Of a stretch of DNA of 64,000 nt, positions 27,101-42,100 are shown piece after piece; the first letter of the stretch is position 1; each line of letters opens with the position of its first letter. The notes below the pieces were generated by a model. It did no database searches, was not told the origin of the DNA, and saw only the letters and a list, made by a program, of their open reading frames with translations. The stretch comes from the human T2T-CHM13v2.0 reference genome, Homo sapiens. Both the position numbers and the translations under genes were made by a program. The stretch lies in the NCBI RefSeq assembly GCF_009914755.1, contig NC_060939.1. One strand, given 5' to 3'.

Positions 27101-30100
27101 ATTCTACTCCAACGGATTCCATTCCATTCTATTCCTTTCCATTCCATTTCATTCCATTCCATTCCATTTCATTCCATTCCATTCCATTCGTGTCCATTCC
27201 ACTCCAGTCCATTCCATTCGTGTCCATTCCATTCCAGTCCATTCCATTTGTGTCCACTGCATTCCATTCCACTCCATTCCATATTATTCCTTTACACTCC
27301 ATTCCATTCTATCACTTTCATTTCCATTCAATTCCATTCCATTTGATTCCATTCCACTCGGTTTCATTCCATTTGAGTCCACTCCATTCCATTCCATTGC
27401 ATTCCATTCAGTTCCATTCCATTCTGTTCCATTCCATTCCGTTCCATTACATTCCATTCCATTCGGTACCATTCCATATTGTTCCATTCGATTCCATTCG
27501 AATCCATTCCATTCCAGTCCATTCCATTCGATTCCATTCCATTCATTTCAATTCCATTCCATTCCATTCCATTACATTCCACTTGATTCCTCTCCATTCC
27601 CTTCCACTGCATTCCGTTCGATTCCATTCCATTGCATTGCATTCCATTCCATTGGATTGCATTCCATTCGATTCCATTCCATTCGAATCAATTACATAGC
27701 AATCCATTACATTCGAGTCTATTCTCTTCCGTTCCATTCGATTTCGTTCCAATCCATTGGATTCCATTCCATTCGATTCCATTCCATACTATTGCATTCC
27801 ATTCTACTACATTATATTCCAATAAGTTCCATTCAAGACCATTTCTTTTGAGTCCATTCTATTTGAGTCCATTCTATTTGAATCCATTCCCTTTGATTCC
27901 ATAACATTTGAGTCCATTCAATTCCATTCCTTTCGTTTCCATTCCATTTGATGCCATTCCATTCAATTCTGTTCTACTCGACTCCAATACACTCAATTCC
28001 ATTCCATCCGATTCCATTACATTCTTTTCATTTCTTATCCATTTCAAGCCATTCCACTCCATTCCATTCCACTCGTTTCCTTTCCATTCGAGTCCATTCC
28101 TCTCCAGTCCATTCCGTTCAATCCATTCCATTCCAGTCCATTCCATTCGAGTCCGTTCCATTCCAGTCCATTCCATTCGAGTCAATTCCATCCCATTCGA
28201 TGTCTTTCCATAACGATCCATTCCATTCTATTCCTTTCGATTCCATTCCATTCTATTTCATTCCATTCGATTCCCTTCCATTGGACTCCTTTCCATTCGA
28301 GTGCATTCCATTCCTTTCCATTTCTTTCCGTTCTGTACGATTCCTACCGTTCGATTTCATTTTGTTCCAGTCCATTCCTTTCGCGTCCATTCCATTCCAT
28401 TTCACTCCATTCGATTCCATTCCACTCGATTCCACTTCGTTCCATTTCATTGCATTCCATTCTATTCAACTCTATTGCCTTCCATTCCATTCCATTCCAT
28501 TCGATTACATTCCATGCGATTCCATTCGAAATCGAATCAATTACATTGCAATCCATTACTATTGAGTCCGTTTTATTCCAGTCCACTGCATTCTGGTCCA
28601 TTCCATTTGATTCCATTCCATTCTATTCCATTCCATACAGTTGCATTCCATTGGATTCCATGCTATATCTATAAATTCAATTCGAGACCATTGCTTTTGA
28701 GTCCATTCTATATGATTCCATTCCATTCAAGTCCATTACATTTGGTTCAATTCCATTCCATTCCATTCCCTTCCATTCCATTCCATTTGATATCAATCCA
28801 TTCGATTCCATTCCATTCGAGCACATTCCATTCGAGTCCATTCCATTCGATGCCATTCCATTTGATTCTATTCCATTAGTCTCCATTCAATTCCATTAAT
28901 CTCCATTCCATTCCATTCTACTCCAACTGATTCCATTCCATTCTATTCCTTTCCATTCCATTTCATTCCATTCCATTCCATTTCATTCCATTCCATTCCA
29001 TTCGTGTCCATTCCACTCCAGTCCATTCCATTCGTGTCCATTCCATTCCAGTCCATTCCATTTGTGTCCACTGCATTCCATTCCACTCCATTCCATATTA
29101 TTCCATTACACTCCATTCCATTCTATTACTTTCATTTCCATTCAATTCCATTCCATTTGATTCCATTCCACTCGGTTTCATTCCATTTGAGTCCACTCCA
29201 TTCCATTCCATTCCATTCCATTCAGTTCCATTCCATTCTGTTCCATTCCATTCCCTTCCATTACATTCCATTCCATTCGGTACCATTCCATATTGTTCCA
29301 TTCGATTCCATTCGAATCCATTCCATTCCAGTCCATTCCATTCGATTCCATTCCATTCATTTCAATTCCATTCCATTCCATTCCATTACATTCCACTTGA
29401 TTCCTCTCCATTCCCTTCCACTGCATTCCGTTCGATTCCATTCCATTGCATTGCATTCCATTCCATTGGATTGCATTCCATTCGATTCCATTCCATTCGA
29501 ATCAATTACATAGCAATCCATTACATTCGAGTCTATTCTCTTCCGTTCCATTCGATTTCGTTCCAATCCATTCGATTCCATTCCATTCGATTCCATTCCA
29601 TGCTATTGCATTCCATTCGATTACATTATATTCGAATAAGTTCCATTCAAGACCATTTCTTTTGAGTCCATTCTATTTGAGTCCATTCCCTTTGATTCCA
29701 TAACATTTGAGTCCATTCAATTCCATTCCTTTCGTTTCCATTCCATTTGATGCCATTCCATTCAATTCTGTTCTACTCGACTCCAATACATTCAATTCCA
29801 TTCCATCCGATTCCATTACATTCTTTTCATTTCTTATCCATTTCAAGCCATTCCACTCCATTCCATTCCACTCGTTTCCTTTCCATTCGAGTCCATTCCT
29901 CTCCAGTCCATTCCGTTCAATCCATTCCATTCCAGTCCATTCCATTCGAGTCCGTTCCATTCCAGTCCATTCCATTCGAGTCAATTCCATTCCATTCGAT
30001 GTCTTTCCATAACGATCCATTCCATTCTATTCCTTTCGATTCCATTCCATTCTATTTCATTCCATTCGATTCCCTTCCATTGGACTCCTTTCCATTCGAG

Positions 30101-33100
30101 TGCATTCCATTCCGTTCCATTTCTTTCCGTTCTGTACGATTCCTACCGTTCGATTTCATTTTGTTCCAGTCCATTCCTTTCGCGTCCATTCCATTCCATT
30201 TCACTCCATTCGATTCCATTCCACTCGATTCCACTTCGTTCCATTTCATTGCATTCCATTCTATTCAACTCTATTGCCTTCCATTCCATTCCATTCGATT
30301 ACATTCCATGCGATTCCATTCGAAATCGAATCAATTACATTGCAATCCATTACTATTGAGTCCGTTTTATTCCAGTCCACTGCATTCTGGTCCATTCCAT
30401 TTGATTCCATTCCATTCTATTCCATTCCATACAGTTGCATTCCATTGGATTCCATGCTATATCTATAAATTCAATTCGAGACCATTGCTTTTGAGTCCAT
30501 TCTATATGATTCCATTCCATTCAAGTCCATTACATTTGGTTCAATTCCATTCCATTCCATTCCCTTCCATTCCATTCCATTTGATATCAATCCATTCGAT
30601 TCCATTCCATTCGAGCACATTCCATTCGAGTCCATTCCATTCGATGCCATTCCATTTGATTCTATTCCATTAGTCTCCATTCAATTCCATTAATCTCCAT
30701 TCCATTCCATTCTACTCCAACTGATTCCATTCCATTCTATTCCTTTCCATTCCATTTCATTCCATTCCATTCCATTTCATTCCATTCCATTCCATTCGTG
30801 TCCATTCCACTCCAGTCCATTCCATTCGTGTCCATTCCATTCCAGTCCATTCCATTTGTGTCCACTGCATTCCATTCCACTCCATTCCATATTATTCCAT
30901 TACACTCCATTCCATTCTATCTCTTTCATTTCCATTCAATTCCATTCCATTTGATTCCATTCCACTCGGTTTCATTCCATTTGAGTCCACTCCATTCCAT
31001 TCCATTGCATTCCATTCAGTTCCATTCCATTCTGTTCCATTCCATTCCGTTCCATTACATTCCATTCCATTCGGTACCATTCCATATTGTTCCATTCGAT
31101 TCCATTCGAATCCATTCCATTCCAGTCCATTCCATTCGATTCCATTCCATTCATTTCAATTCCATTCCATTCCATTCCATTACATTCCACTTGATTCCTC
31201 TCCATTCCCTTCCACTGCATTCTGTTCGATTCCATTCCATTGCATTGCATTCCATTCCATTGGATTGCATTCCATTCGATTCCATTCCATTCGAATCAAT
31301 TACATAGCAATCCATTACATTCGAGTCTATTCTATTCCGTTCCATTCGATTTCGTTCCAATCCATTCGATTCCATTCCATTCGATTCCATTCCATACTAT
31401 TGCATTCCATTCGATTACATTATATTCGAATAAGTTCCATTCAAGACCATTTCTTTTGAGTCCATTCTATTTGAGTCCATTCCCTTTGATTCCATAACAT
31501 TTCAGTCCATTCAATTCCATTCCTTTCGTTTCCATTCCATTTGATGCCATTCCATTCAATTCTGTTCTACTCGACTCCAATACACTCAATTCCATTCCAT
31601 CCGATTCCATTACATTCTTTTCATTTCTCATCCATTTCAAGCCATTCCACTCCATTCCATTCCACTCGTTTCCTTTCCATTCGAGTCCATTCCTCTCCAG
31701 TCCATTCCGTTCAATCCATTCCATTCCAGTCCATTCCATTCGAGTCCGTTCCATTCCAGTCCATTCCATTCGAGTCAATTCCATTCCATTCGATGTCTTT
31801 CCATAACGATCCATTCCATTCTATTCCTTTCGATTCCATTCCATTCTATTTCATTCCATTCGATTCCCTTCCATTGGACTCCTCTCCATTCGAGTGCATT
31901 CCATTCCTTTCCATTTCTTTCCGTTCTGTACGATTCCTACCGTTCGATTTCATTTTGTTCCAGTCCATTCCTTTCGCGTCCATTCCATTCCATTTCACTC
32001 CATTCGATTCCATTCCACTCGATTCCACTTCGTTCCATTTCATTGCATTCCATTCTATTCAACTCTATTGCCTTCCATTCCATTCCATTCGATTACATTC
32101 CATGCGATTCCATTCGAAATCGAATCAATTACATTGCAATCCATTACTATTGAGTCCGTTTTATTCCAGTCCACTGCATTCTGGTCCATTCCATTTGATT
32201 CCATTCCATTCTATTCCATTCCATACAGTTGCATTCCATTGGATTCCATGCTATATCTATAAATTCAATTCGAGACCATTGCTTTTGAGTCCATTCTGTA
32301 TGATTCCATTACATTAAAGTCCATTACATTTGGTTCAATTCCATTCCATTCCATTCCCTTCCATTCCATTCCATTTGATATCAATCCATTCGATTCCATT
32401 CCATTCGAGCACATTCCATTCGAGTCCATTCCATTCGATGCCATTCCATTTGATTCTATTCCATTAGTCTCCATTCAATTCCATTAATCTCCATTCCATT
32501 CCATTCTACTCCAACTGATTCCATTCCATTCTATTCCTTTCCATTCCATTTCATTCCATTCCATTCCATTTCATTCCATTCCATTCCATTCGTGTCCATT
32601 CCACTCCAGTCCATTCCATTCGTGTCCATTCCATTCCAGTCCATTCCATTTGTGTCCACTGCATTCCATTCCACTCCATTCCATATTATTCCATTACACT
32701 CCATTCCATTCTATTACTTTCATTTCCATTCAATTCCATTCCATTTGATTCCATTCCACTCGGTTTCATTCCATTTGAGTCCACTCCATTCCATTCCATT
32801 CCATTCCATTCAGTTCCATTCCATTCTGTTCCATTCCATTCCGTTCCATTACATTCCATTCCATTCGGTACCATTCCATATTGTTCCATTCGATTCCATT
32901 CGAATCCATTCCATTCCAGTCCATTCCATTCGATTCCATTCCATTCATTTCAATTCCATTCCATTCCATTCCATTACATTCCACTTGATTCCTCTCCATT
33001 CCCTTCCACTGCATTCCGTTCGATTCCATTCCATTGCATTGCATTCCATTCCATTGGATTGCATTCCATTCGATTCCATTCCATTCGAATCAATTACATA

Positions 33101-36100
33101 GCAATCCATTACATTCGAGTCTATTCTCTTCCGTTCCATTCGATTTCGTTCCAATCCATTCGATTCCATTCCATTCGATTCCATTCCATACTATTGCATT
33201 CCATTCGATTACATTATCTTCGAATAAGTTCCATTCAAGACCATTTCTTTTGAGTCCATTCTATTTGAGTCCATTCCCTTTGATTCCATAACATTTGAGT
33301 CCATTCAATTCCATTCCTTTCGTTTCCATTCCATTTGATGCCATTCCATTCAATTCTGTTCTACTCGACTCCAATACATTCAATTCCATTCCATCCGATT
33401 CCATTACATTCTTTTCATTTCTTATCCATTTCAAGCCATTCCACTCCATTCCATTCCACTCGTTTCCTTTCCATTCGAGTCCATTCCTCTCCAGTCCATT
33501 CCGTTCAATCCATTCCATTCCAGTCCATTCCATTCGAGTCCGTTCCATTCCAGTCCATTCCATTCGAGTCAATTCCATTCCATTCGATGTCTTTCCATAA
33601 CGATCCATTCCATTCTATTCCTTTCGATTCCATTCCATTCTATTTCATTCCATTCGATTCCCTTCCATTGGACTCCTTTCCATTCGAGTGCATTCCATTC
33701 CGTTCCATTTCTTTCCGTTCTGTACGATTCCTACCGTTCGATTTCATTTTGTTCCAGTCCATTCCTTTCGCGTCCATTCCATTCCATTTCACTCCATTCG
33801 ATTCCATTCCACTCGATTCCACTTCGTTCCATTTCATTGCATTCCATTCTATTCAACTCTATTGCCTTCCATTCCATTCCATTCGATTACATTCCATGCG
33901 ATTCCATTCGAAATCGAATCAATTACATTGCAATCCATTACTATTGAGTCCGTTTTATTCCAGTCCACTGCATTCTGGTCCATTCCATTTGATTCCATTC
34001 CATTCTATTCCATTCCATACAGTTGCATTCCATTGGATTCCATGCTATATCTATAAATTCAATTCGAGACCATTGCTTTTGAGTCCATTCTATATGATTC
34101 CATTCCATTCAAATCCATTACTTTTGGTTCAATTCCATTCCATTCCATTCCCTTCCATTCCATTCCATTTGATATCAATCCATTCGATTCCATTCCATTC
34201 GAGCACATTCCATTCGAGTCCATTCCATTCGATGCCATTCCATTTGATTCTATTCCATTAGTCTCCATTCAATTCCATTAATCTCCATTCCATTCCATTC
34301 TACTCCAACTGATTCCATTCCATTCTATTCCTTTCCATTCCATTTCATTCCATTCCATTCCATTTCATTCCATTCCATTCCATTCGTGTCCATTCCACTC
34401 CAGTCCATTCCATTCGTGTCCATTCCATTCCAGTCCATTCCATTTGTGTCCACTGCATTCCATTCCACTCCATTCCATATTATTCCATTACACTCCATTC
34501 CATTCTATCACTTTCATTTCCATTCAATTCCATTCCATTTGATTCCATTCCACTCGGTTTCATTCCATTTGAGTCCACTCCATTCCATTCCATTGCATTC
34601 CATTCAGTTCCATTCCATTCCGTTCCATTACATTCCATTCCATTCGGTACCATTCCATATTGTTCCATTCGATTCCATTCGAATCCATTCCATTCCAGTC
34701 CATTCCATTCGATTCCATTCCATTCATTTCAATTCCATTCCATTCCATTCCATTACATTCCACTTGATTCCTCTCCATTCCCTTCCACTGCATTCCGTTC
34801 GATTCCATTCCATTGCATTGCATTCCATTCCATTGGATTGCATTCCATTCGATTCCATTCCATTCGAATCAATTACATAGCAATCCATTACATTCGAGTC
34901 TATTCTCTTCCGTTCCATTCGATTTCGTTCCAATCCATTCGATTCCATTCCATTCGATTCCATTCCATACTATTGCATTCCATTCGATTACATTATATTC
35001 GAATAAGTTCCATTCAAGACCATTTCTTTTGAGTCCATTCTATTTGAGTCCATTCCCTTTGATTCCATAACATTTCAGTCCATTCAATTCCATTCCTTTC
35101 GTTTCCATTCCATTTGATGCCATTCCATTCAATTCTGTTCTAGTCGACTCCAATACACTCAATTCCATTCCATCCGATTCCATTACATTCTTTTCATTTC
35201 TCATCCATTTCAAGCCATTCCACTCCATTCCATTCCACTCGTTTCCTTTCCATTCGAGTCCATTCCTCTCCAGTCCATTCCGTTCAATCCATTCCATTCC
35301 AGTCCATTCCATTCGAGTCCGTTCCATTCCAGTCCATTCCATTCGAGTCAATTCCATCCCATTCGATGTCTTTCCATAACGATCCATTCCATTCTATTCC
35401 TTTCGATTCCATTCCATTCTATTTCATTCCATTCGATTCCCTTCCATTGGACTCCTCTCCATTCGAGTGCATTCCATTCCTTTCCATTTCTTTCCGTTCT
35501 GTACGATTCCTACCGTTCGATTTCATTTTGTTCCAGTCCATTCCTTTCGCGTCCATTCCATTCCATTTCACTCCATTCGATTCCATTCCACTCGATTCCA
35601 CTTCGTTCCATTTCATTGCATTCCATTCTATTCAACTCTATTGCCTTCCATTCCATTCCATTCGATTACATTCCATGCGATTCCATTCGAAATCGAATCA
35701 ATTACATTGCAATCCATTACTATTGAGTCCGTTTTATTCCAGTCCACTGCATTCTGGTCCATTCCATTTGATTCCATTCCATTCTATTCCATTCCATACA
35801 GTTGCATTCCATTGGATTCCATGCTATATCTATAAATTCAATTCGAGACCATTGCTTTTGAGTCCATTCTGTATGATTCCATTCCATTAAAGTCCATTAC
35901 ATTTGGTTCAATTCCATTCCATTCCATTCCCTTCCATTCCATTCCATTTGATATCAATCCATTCGATTCCATTCCATTCGAGCACATTCCATTCGAGTCC
36001 ATTCCATTCGATGCCATTCCATTTGATTCTATTCCATTAGTCTCCATTCAATTCCATTAATCTCCATTCCATTCCATTCTACTCCAACTGATTCCATTCC

Positions 36101-39100
36101 ATTCTATTCCTTTCCATTCCATTTCATTCCATTCCATTCCATTTCATTCCATTCCATTCCATTCGTGTCCATTCCACTCCAGTCCATTCCATTCGTGTCC
36201 ATTCCATTCCAGTCCATTCCATTTGTGTCCACTGCATTCCATTCCACTCCATTCCATATTATTCCATTACACTCCATTCCATTCTATTACTTTCATTTCC
36301 ATTCAATTCCATTCCATTTGATTCCATTCCACTCGGTTTCATTCCATTTGAGTCCACTCCATTCCATTCCATTCCATTCCATTCAGTTCCATTCCATTCT
36401 GTTCCATTCCATTCCGTTCCATTACATTCCATTCCATTCGGTACCATTCCATATTGTTCCATTCGATTCCATTCGAATCCATTCCATTCCAGTCCATTCC
36501 ATTCGATTCCATTCCATTCATTTCAATTCCATTCCATTCCATTCCATTACATTCCACTTGATTCCTCTCCATTCCCTTCCACTGCATTCCGTTCGATTCC
36601 ATTCCATTGCATTGCATTCCATTCCATTGGATTGCATTCCATTCGATTCCATTCCATTCGAATCAATTACATAGCAATCCATTACATTCGAGTCTATTCT
36701 CTTCCGTTCCATTCGATTTCGTTCCAATCCATTCGATTCCATTCCATTCGATTCCATTCCATACTATTGCATTCCATTCGATTACATTATCTTCGAATAA
36801 GTTCCATTCAAGACCATTTCTTTTGAGTCCATTCTATTTGAGTCCATTCCCTTTGATTCCATAACATTTGAGTCCATTCAATTCCATTCCTTTCGTTTCC
36901 ATTCCATTTGATGCCATTCCATTCAATTCTGTTCTACTCGACTCCAATACATTCAATTCCATTCCATCCGATTCCATTACATTCTTTTCATTTCTTATCC
37001 ATTTCAAGCCATTCCACTCCATTCCATTCCACTCGTTTCCTTTCCATTCGAGTCCATTCCTCTCCAGTCCATTCCGTTCAATCCATTCCATTCCAGTCCA
37101 TTCCATTCGAGTCCGTTCCATTCCAGTCCATTCCATTCGAGTCAATTCCATTCCATTCGATGTCTTTCCATAACGATCCATTCCATTCTATTCCTTTCGA
37201 TTCCATTCCATTCTATTTCATTCCATTCGATTCCCTTCCATTGGACTCCTTTCCATTCGAGTGCATTCCATTCCGTTCCATTTCTTTCCGTTCTGTACGA
37301 TTCCTACCGTTCGATTTCATTTTGTTCCAGTCCATTCCTTTCGCGTCCATTCCATTCCATTTCACTCCATTCGATTCCATTCCACTCGATTCCACTTCGT
37401 TCCATTTCATTGCATTCCATTCTATTCAACTCTATTGCCTTCCATTCCATTCCATTCGATTACATTCCATGCGATTCCATTCGAAATCGAATCAATTACA
37501 TTGCAATCCATTACTATTGAGTCCGTTTTATTCCAGTCCACTGCATTCTGGTCCATTCCATTTGATTCCATTCCATTCTATTCCATTCCATACAGTTGCA
37601 TTCCATTGGATTCCATGCTATATCTATAAATTCAATTCGAGACCATTGCTTTTGAGTCCATTCTGTATGATTCCATTCCATTAAAGTCCATTACATTTGG
37701 TTCAATTCCATTCCATTCCATTCCCTTCCATTCCATTCCATTTGATATCAATCCATTCGATTCCATTCCATTCGAGCACATTCCATTCGAGTCCATTCCA
37801 TTCGATGCCATTCCATTTGATTCTATTCCATTAGTCTCCATTCAATTCCATTAATCTCCATTCCATTCCATTCTACTCCAACTGATTCCATTCCATTCTA
37901 TTCCTTTCCATTCCATTTCATTCCATTCCATTCCATTTCATTCCATTCCATTCCATTCGTGTCCATTCCACTCCAGTCCATTCCATTCGTGTCCATTCCA
38001 TTCCAGTCCATTCCATTTGTGTCCACTGCATTCCATTCCACTCCATTCCATATTATTCCATTACACTCCATTCCATTCTATTACTTTCATTTCCATTCAA
38101 TTCCATTCCATTTGATTCCATTCCACTCGGTTTCATTCCATTTGAGTCCACTCCATTCCATTCCATTCCATTCCATTCAGTTCCATTCCATTCTGTTCCA
38201 TTCCATTCCGTTCCATTACATTCCATTCCATTCGGTACCATTCCATATTGTTCCATTCGATTCCATTCGAATCCATTCCATTCCAGTCCATTCCATTCGA
38301 TTCCATTCCATTCATTTCAATTCCATTCCATTCCATTCCATTACATTCCACTTGATTCCTCTCCATTCCCTTCCACTGCATTCCGTTCGATTCCATTCCA
38401 TTGCATTGCATTCCATTCCATTGGATTGCATTCCATTCGATTCCATTCCATTCGAATCAATTACATAGCAATCCATTACATTCGAGTCTATTCTATTCCG
38501 TTCCATTCGATTTCGTTCCAATCCATTCGATTCCATTCCATTCGATTCCATTCCATACTATTGCATTCCATTCGATTACATTATCTTCGAATAAGTTCCA
38601 TTCAAGACCATTTCTTTTGAGTCCATTCTATTTGAGTCCATTCCCTTTGATTCCATAACATTTGAGTCCATTCAATTCCATTCCTTTCGTTTCCATTCCA
38701 TTTGATGCCATTCCATTCAATTCTGTTCTACTCGACTCCAATACATTCAATTCCATTCCATCCGATTCCATTACATTCTTTTCATTTCTTATCCATTTCA
38801 AGCCATTCCACTCCATTCCATTCCACTCGTTTCCTTTCCATTCGAGTCCATTCCTCTCCAGTCCATTCCGTTCAATCCATTCCATTCCAGTCCATTCCAT
38901 TCGAGTCCGTTCCATTCCAGTCCATTCCATTCGAGTCAATTCCATTCCATTCGATGTCTTTCCATAACGATCCATTCCATTCTATTCCTTTCGATTCCAT
39001 TCCATTCTATTTCATTCCATTCGATTCCCTTCCATTGGACTCCTTTCCATTCGAGTGCATTCCATTCCGTTCCATTTCTTTCCGTTCTGTACGATTCCTA

Positions 39101-42100
39101 CCGTTCGATTTCATTTTGTTCCAGTCCATTCCTTTCGCGTCCATTCCATTCCATTTCACTCCATTCGATTCCATTCCACTCGATTCCACTTCGTTCCATT
39201 TCATTGCATTCCATTCTATTCAACTCTATTGCCTTCCATTCCATTCCATTCGATTACATTCCATGCGATTCCATTCGAAATCGAATCAATTACATTGCAA
39301 TCCATTACTATTGAGTCCGTTTTATTCCAGTCCACTGCATTCTGGTCCATTCCATTTGATTCCATTCCATTCTATTCCATTCCATACAGTTGCATTCCAT
39401 TGGATTCCATGCTATATCTATAAATTCAATTCGAGACCATTGCTTTTGAGTCCATTCTATATGATTCCATTCCATTCAAATCCATTACTTTTGGTTCAAT
39501 TCCATTCCATTCCATTCCCTTCCATTCCATTCCATTTGATATCAATCCATTCGATTCCATTCCATTCGAGCACATTCCATTCGAGTCCATTCCATTCGAT
39601 GCCATTCCATTTGATTCTATTCCATTAGTCTCCATTCAATTCCATTAATCTCCATTCCATTCCATTCTACTCCAACTGATTCCATTCCATTCTATTCCTT
39701 TCCATTCCATTTCATTCCATTCCATTCCATTTCATTCCATTCCATTCCATTCGTGTCCATTCCACTCCAGTCCATTCCATTCGTGTCCATTCCATTCCAG
39801 TCCATTCCATTTGTGTCCACTGCATTCCATTCCACTCCATTCCATATTATTCCATTACACTCCATTCCATTCTATTACTTTCATTTCCATTCAATTCCAT
39901 TCCATTTGATTCCATTCCACTCGGTTTCATTCCATTTGAGTCCACTCCATTCCATTCCATTCCATTCCATTCAGTTCCATTCCATTCTGTTCCATTCCAT
40001 TCCCTTCCATTACATTCCATTCCATTCGGTACCATTCCATATTGTTCCATTCGATTCCATTCGAATCCATTCCATTCCAGTCCATTCCATTCGATTCCAT
40101 TCCATTCATTTCAATTCCATTCCATTCCATTCCATTACATTCCACTTGATTCCTCTCCATTCCCTTCCACTGCATTCCGTTCGATTCCATTCCATTGCAT
40201 TGCATTCCATTCCATTGGATTGCATTCCATTCGATTCCATTCCATTCGAATCAATTACATAGCAATCCATTACATTCGAGTCTATTCTCTTCCGTTCCAT
40301 TCGATTTCGTTCCAATCCATTCGATTCCATTCCATTCGATTCCATTCCATGCTATTGCATTCCATTCTATTACATTATATTCGAATAAGTTCCATTCAAG
40401 ACCATTTCTTTTGAGTCCATTCTATTTGAGTCCATTCCCTTTGATTCCATAACATTTGAGTCCATTCAATTCCATTCCTTTCGTTTCCATTCCATTTGAT
40501 GCCATTCCATTCAATTCTGTTCTACTCGACTCCAATACATTCAATTCCATTCCATCCGATTCCATTACATTCTTTTCATTTCTTATCCATTTCAAGCCAT
40601 TCCACTCCATTCCATTCCACTCGTTTCCTTTCCATTCGAGTCCATTCCTCTCCAGTCCATTCCGTTCAATCCATTCCATTCCAGTCCATTCCATTCGAGT
40701 CCGTTCCATTCCAGTCCATTCCATTCGAGTCAATTCCATTCCATTCGATGTCTTTCCATAACGATCCATTCCATTCTATTCCTTTCGATTCCATTCCATT
40801 CTATTTCATTCCATTCGATTCCCTTCCATTGGACTCCTTTCCATTCGAGTGCATTCCATTCCGTTCCATTTCTTTCCGTTCTGTACGATTCCTACCGTTC
40901 GATTTCATTTTGTTCCAGTCCATTCCTTTCGCGTCCATTCCATTCCATTTCACTCCATTCGATTCCATTCCACTCGATTCCACTTCGTTCCATTTCATTG
41001 CATTCCATTCTATTCAACTCTATTGCCTTCCATTCCATTCCATTCGATTACATTCCATGCGATTCCATTCGAAATCGAATCAATTACATTGCAATCCATT
41101 ACTATTGAGTCCGTTTTATTCCACTCCACTGCATTCTGGTCCATTCCATTTGATTCCATTCCATTCTATTCCATTCCACACAGTTGCATTCCATTGGATT
41201 CCATGCTATATCTATAAATTCAATTCGAGACCATTGCTTTTGAGTCCATTCTATATGATTCCATTCCATTCAAGTCCATTACATTTGGTTCAATTCCATT
41301 CCATTCCATTCCCTTCCATTCCATTCCATTTGATATCAATCCATTCGATTCCATTCCATTCGAGCACATTCCATTCGAGTCCATTCCATTCGATGCCATT
41401 CCATTTGATTCTATTCCATTAGTCTCCATTCAATTCCATTAATCTCCATTCCATTCCATTCTATTCCAACTGATTCCATTCCATTCTATTCCTTTCCATT
41501 CCATTTCATTCCATTCCATTCCATTTCATTCCATTCCATTCCATTCGTGTCCATTCCACTCCAGTCCATTCCATTCGTGTCCATTCCATTCCAGTCCATT
41601 CCATTTGTGTCCACTGCATTCCATTCCACTCCATTCCATATTATTCCATTACACTCCATTCCATTCTATTACTTTCATTTCCATTCAATTCCATTCCATT
41701 TGATTCCATTCCACTCGGTTTCATTCCATTTGAGTCCACTCCATTCCATTCCATTCCATTCAGTTCCATTCCATTCTGTTCCATTCCATTCCGTTCCATT
41801 ACATTCCATTCCATTCGATACCATTCCATATTGTTCCATTCGATTCCATTCGAATCCATTCCATTCCAGTCCATTCCATTCGATTCCATTCCATTCATTT
41901 CAATTCCATTCCATTCCATTCCATTACATTCCACTTGATTCCTCTCCATTCCCTTCCACTGCATTCCGTTCGATTCCATTCCATTGCATTGCATTCCATT
42001 CCATTGGATTGCATTCCATTCGATTCCATTCCATTCGAATCAATTACATAGCAATCCATTACATTCGAGTCTATTCTATTCCGTTCCATTCGATTTCGTT

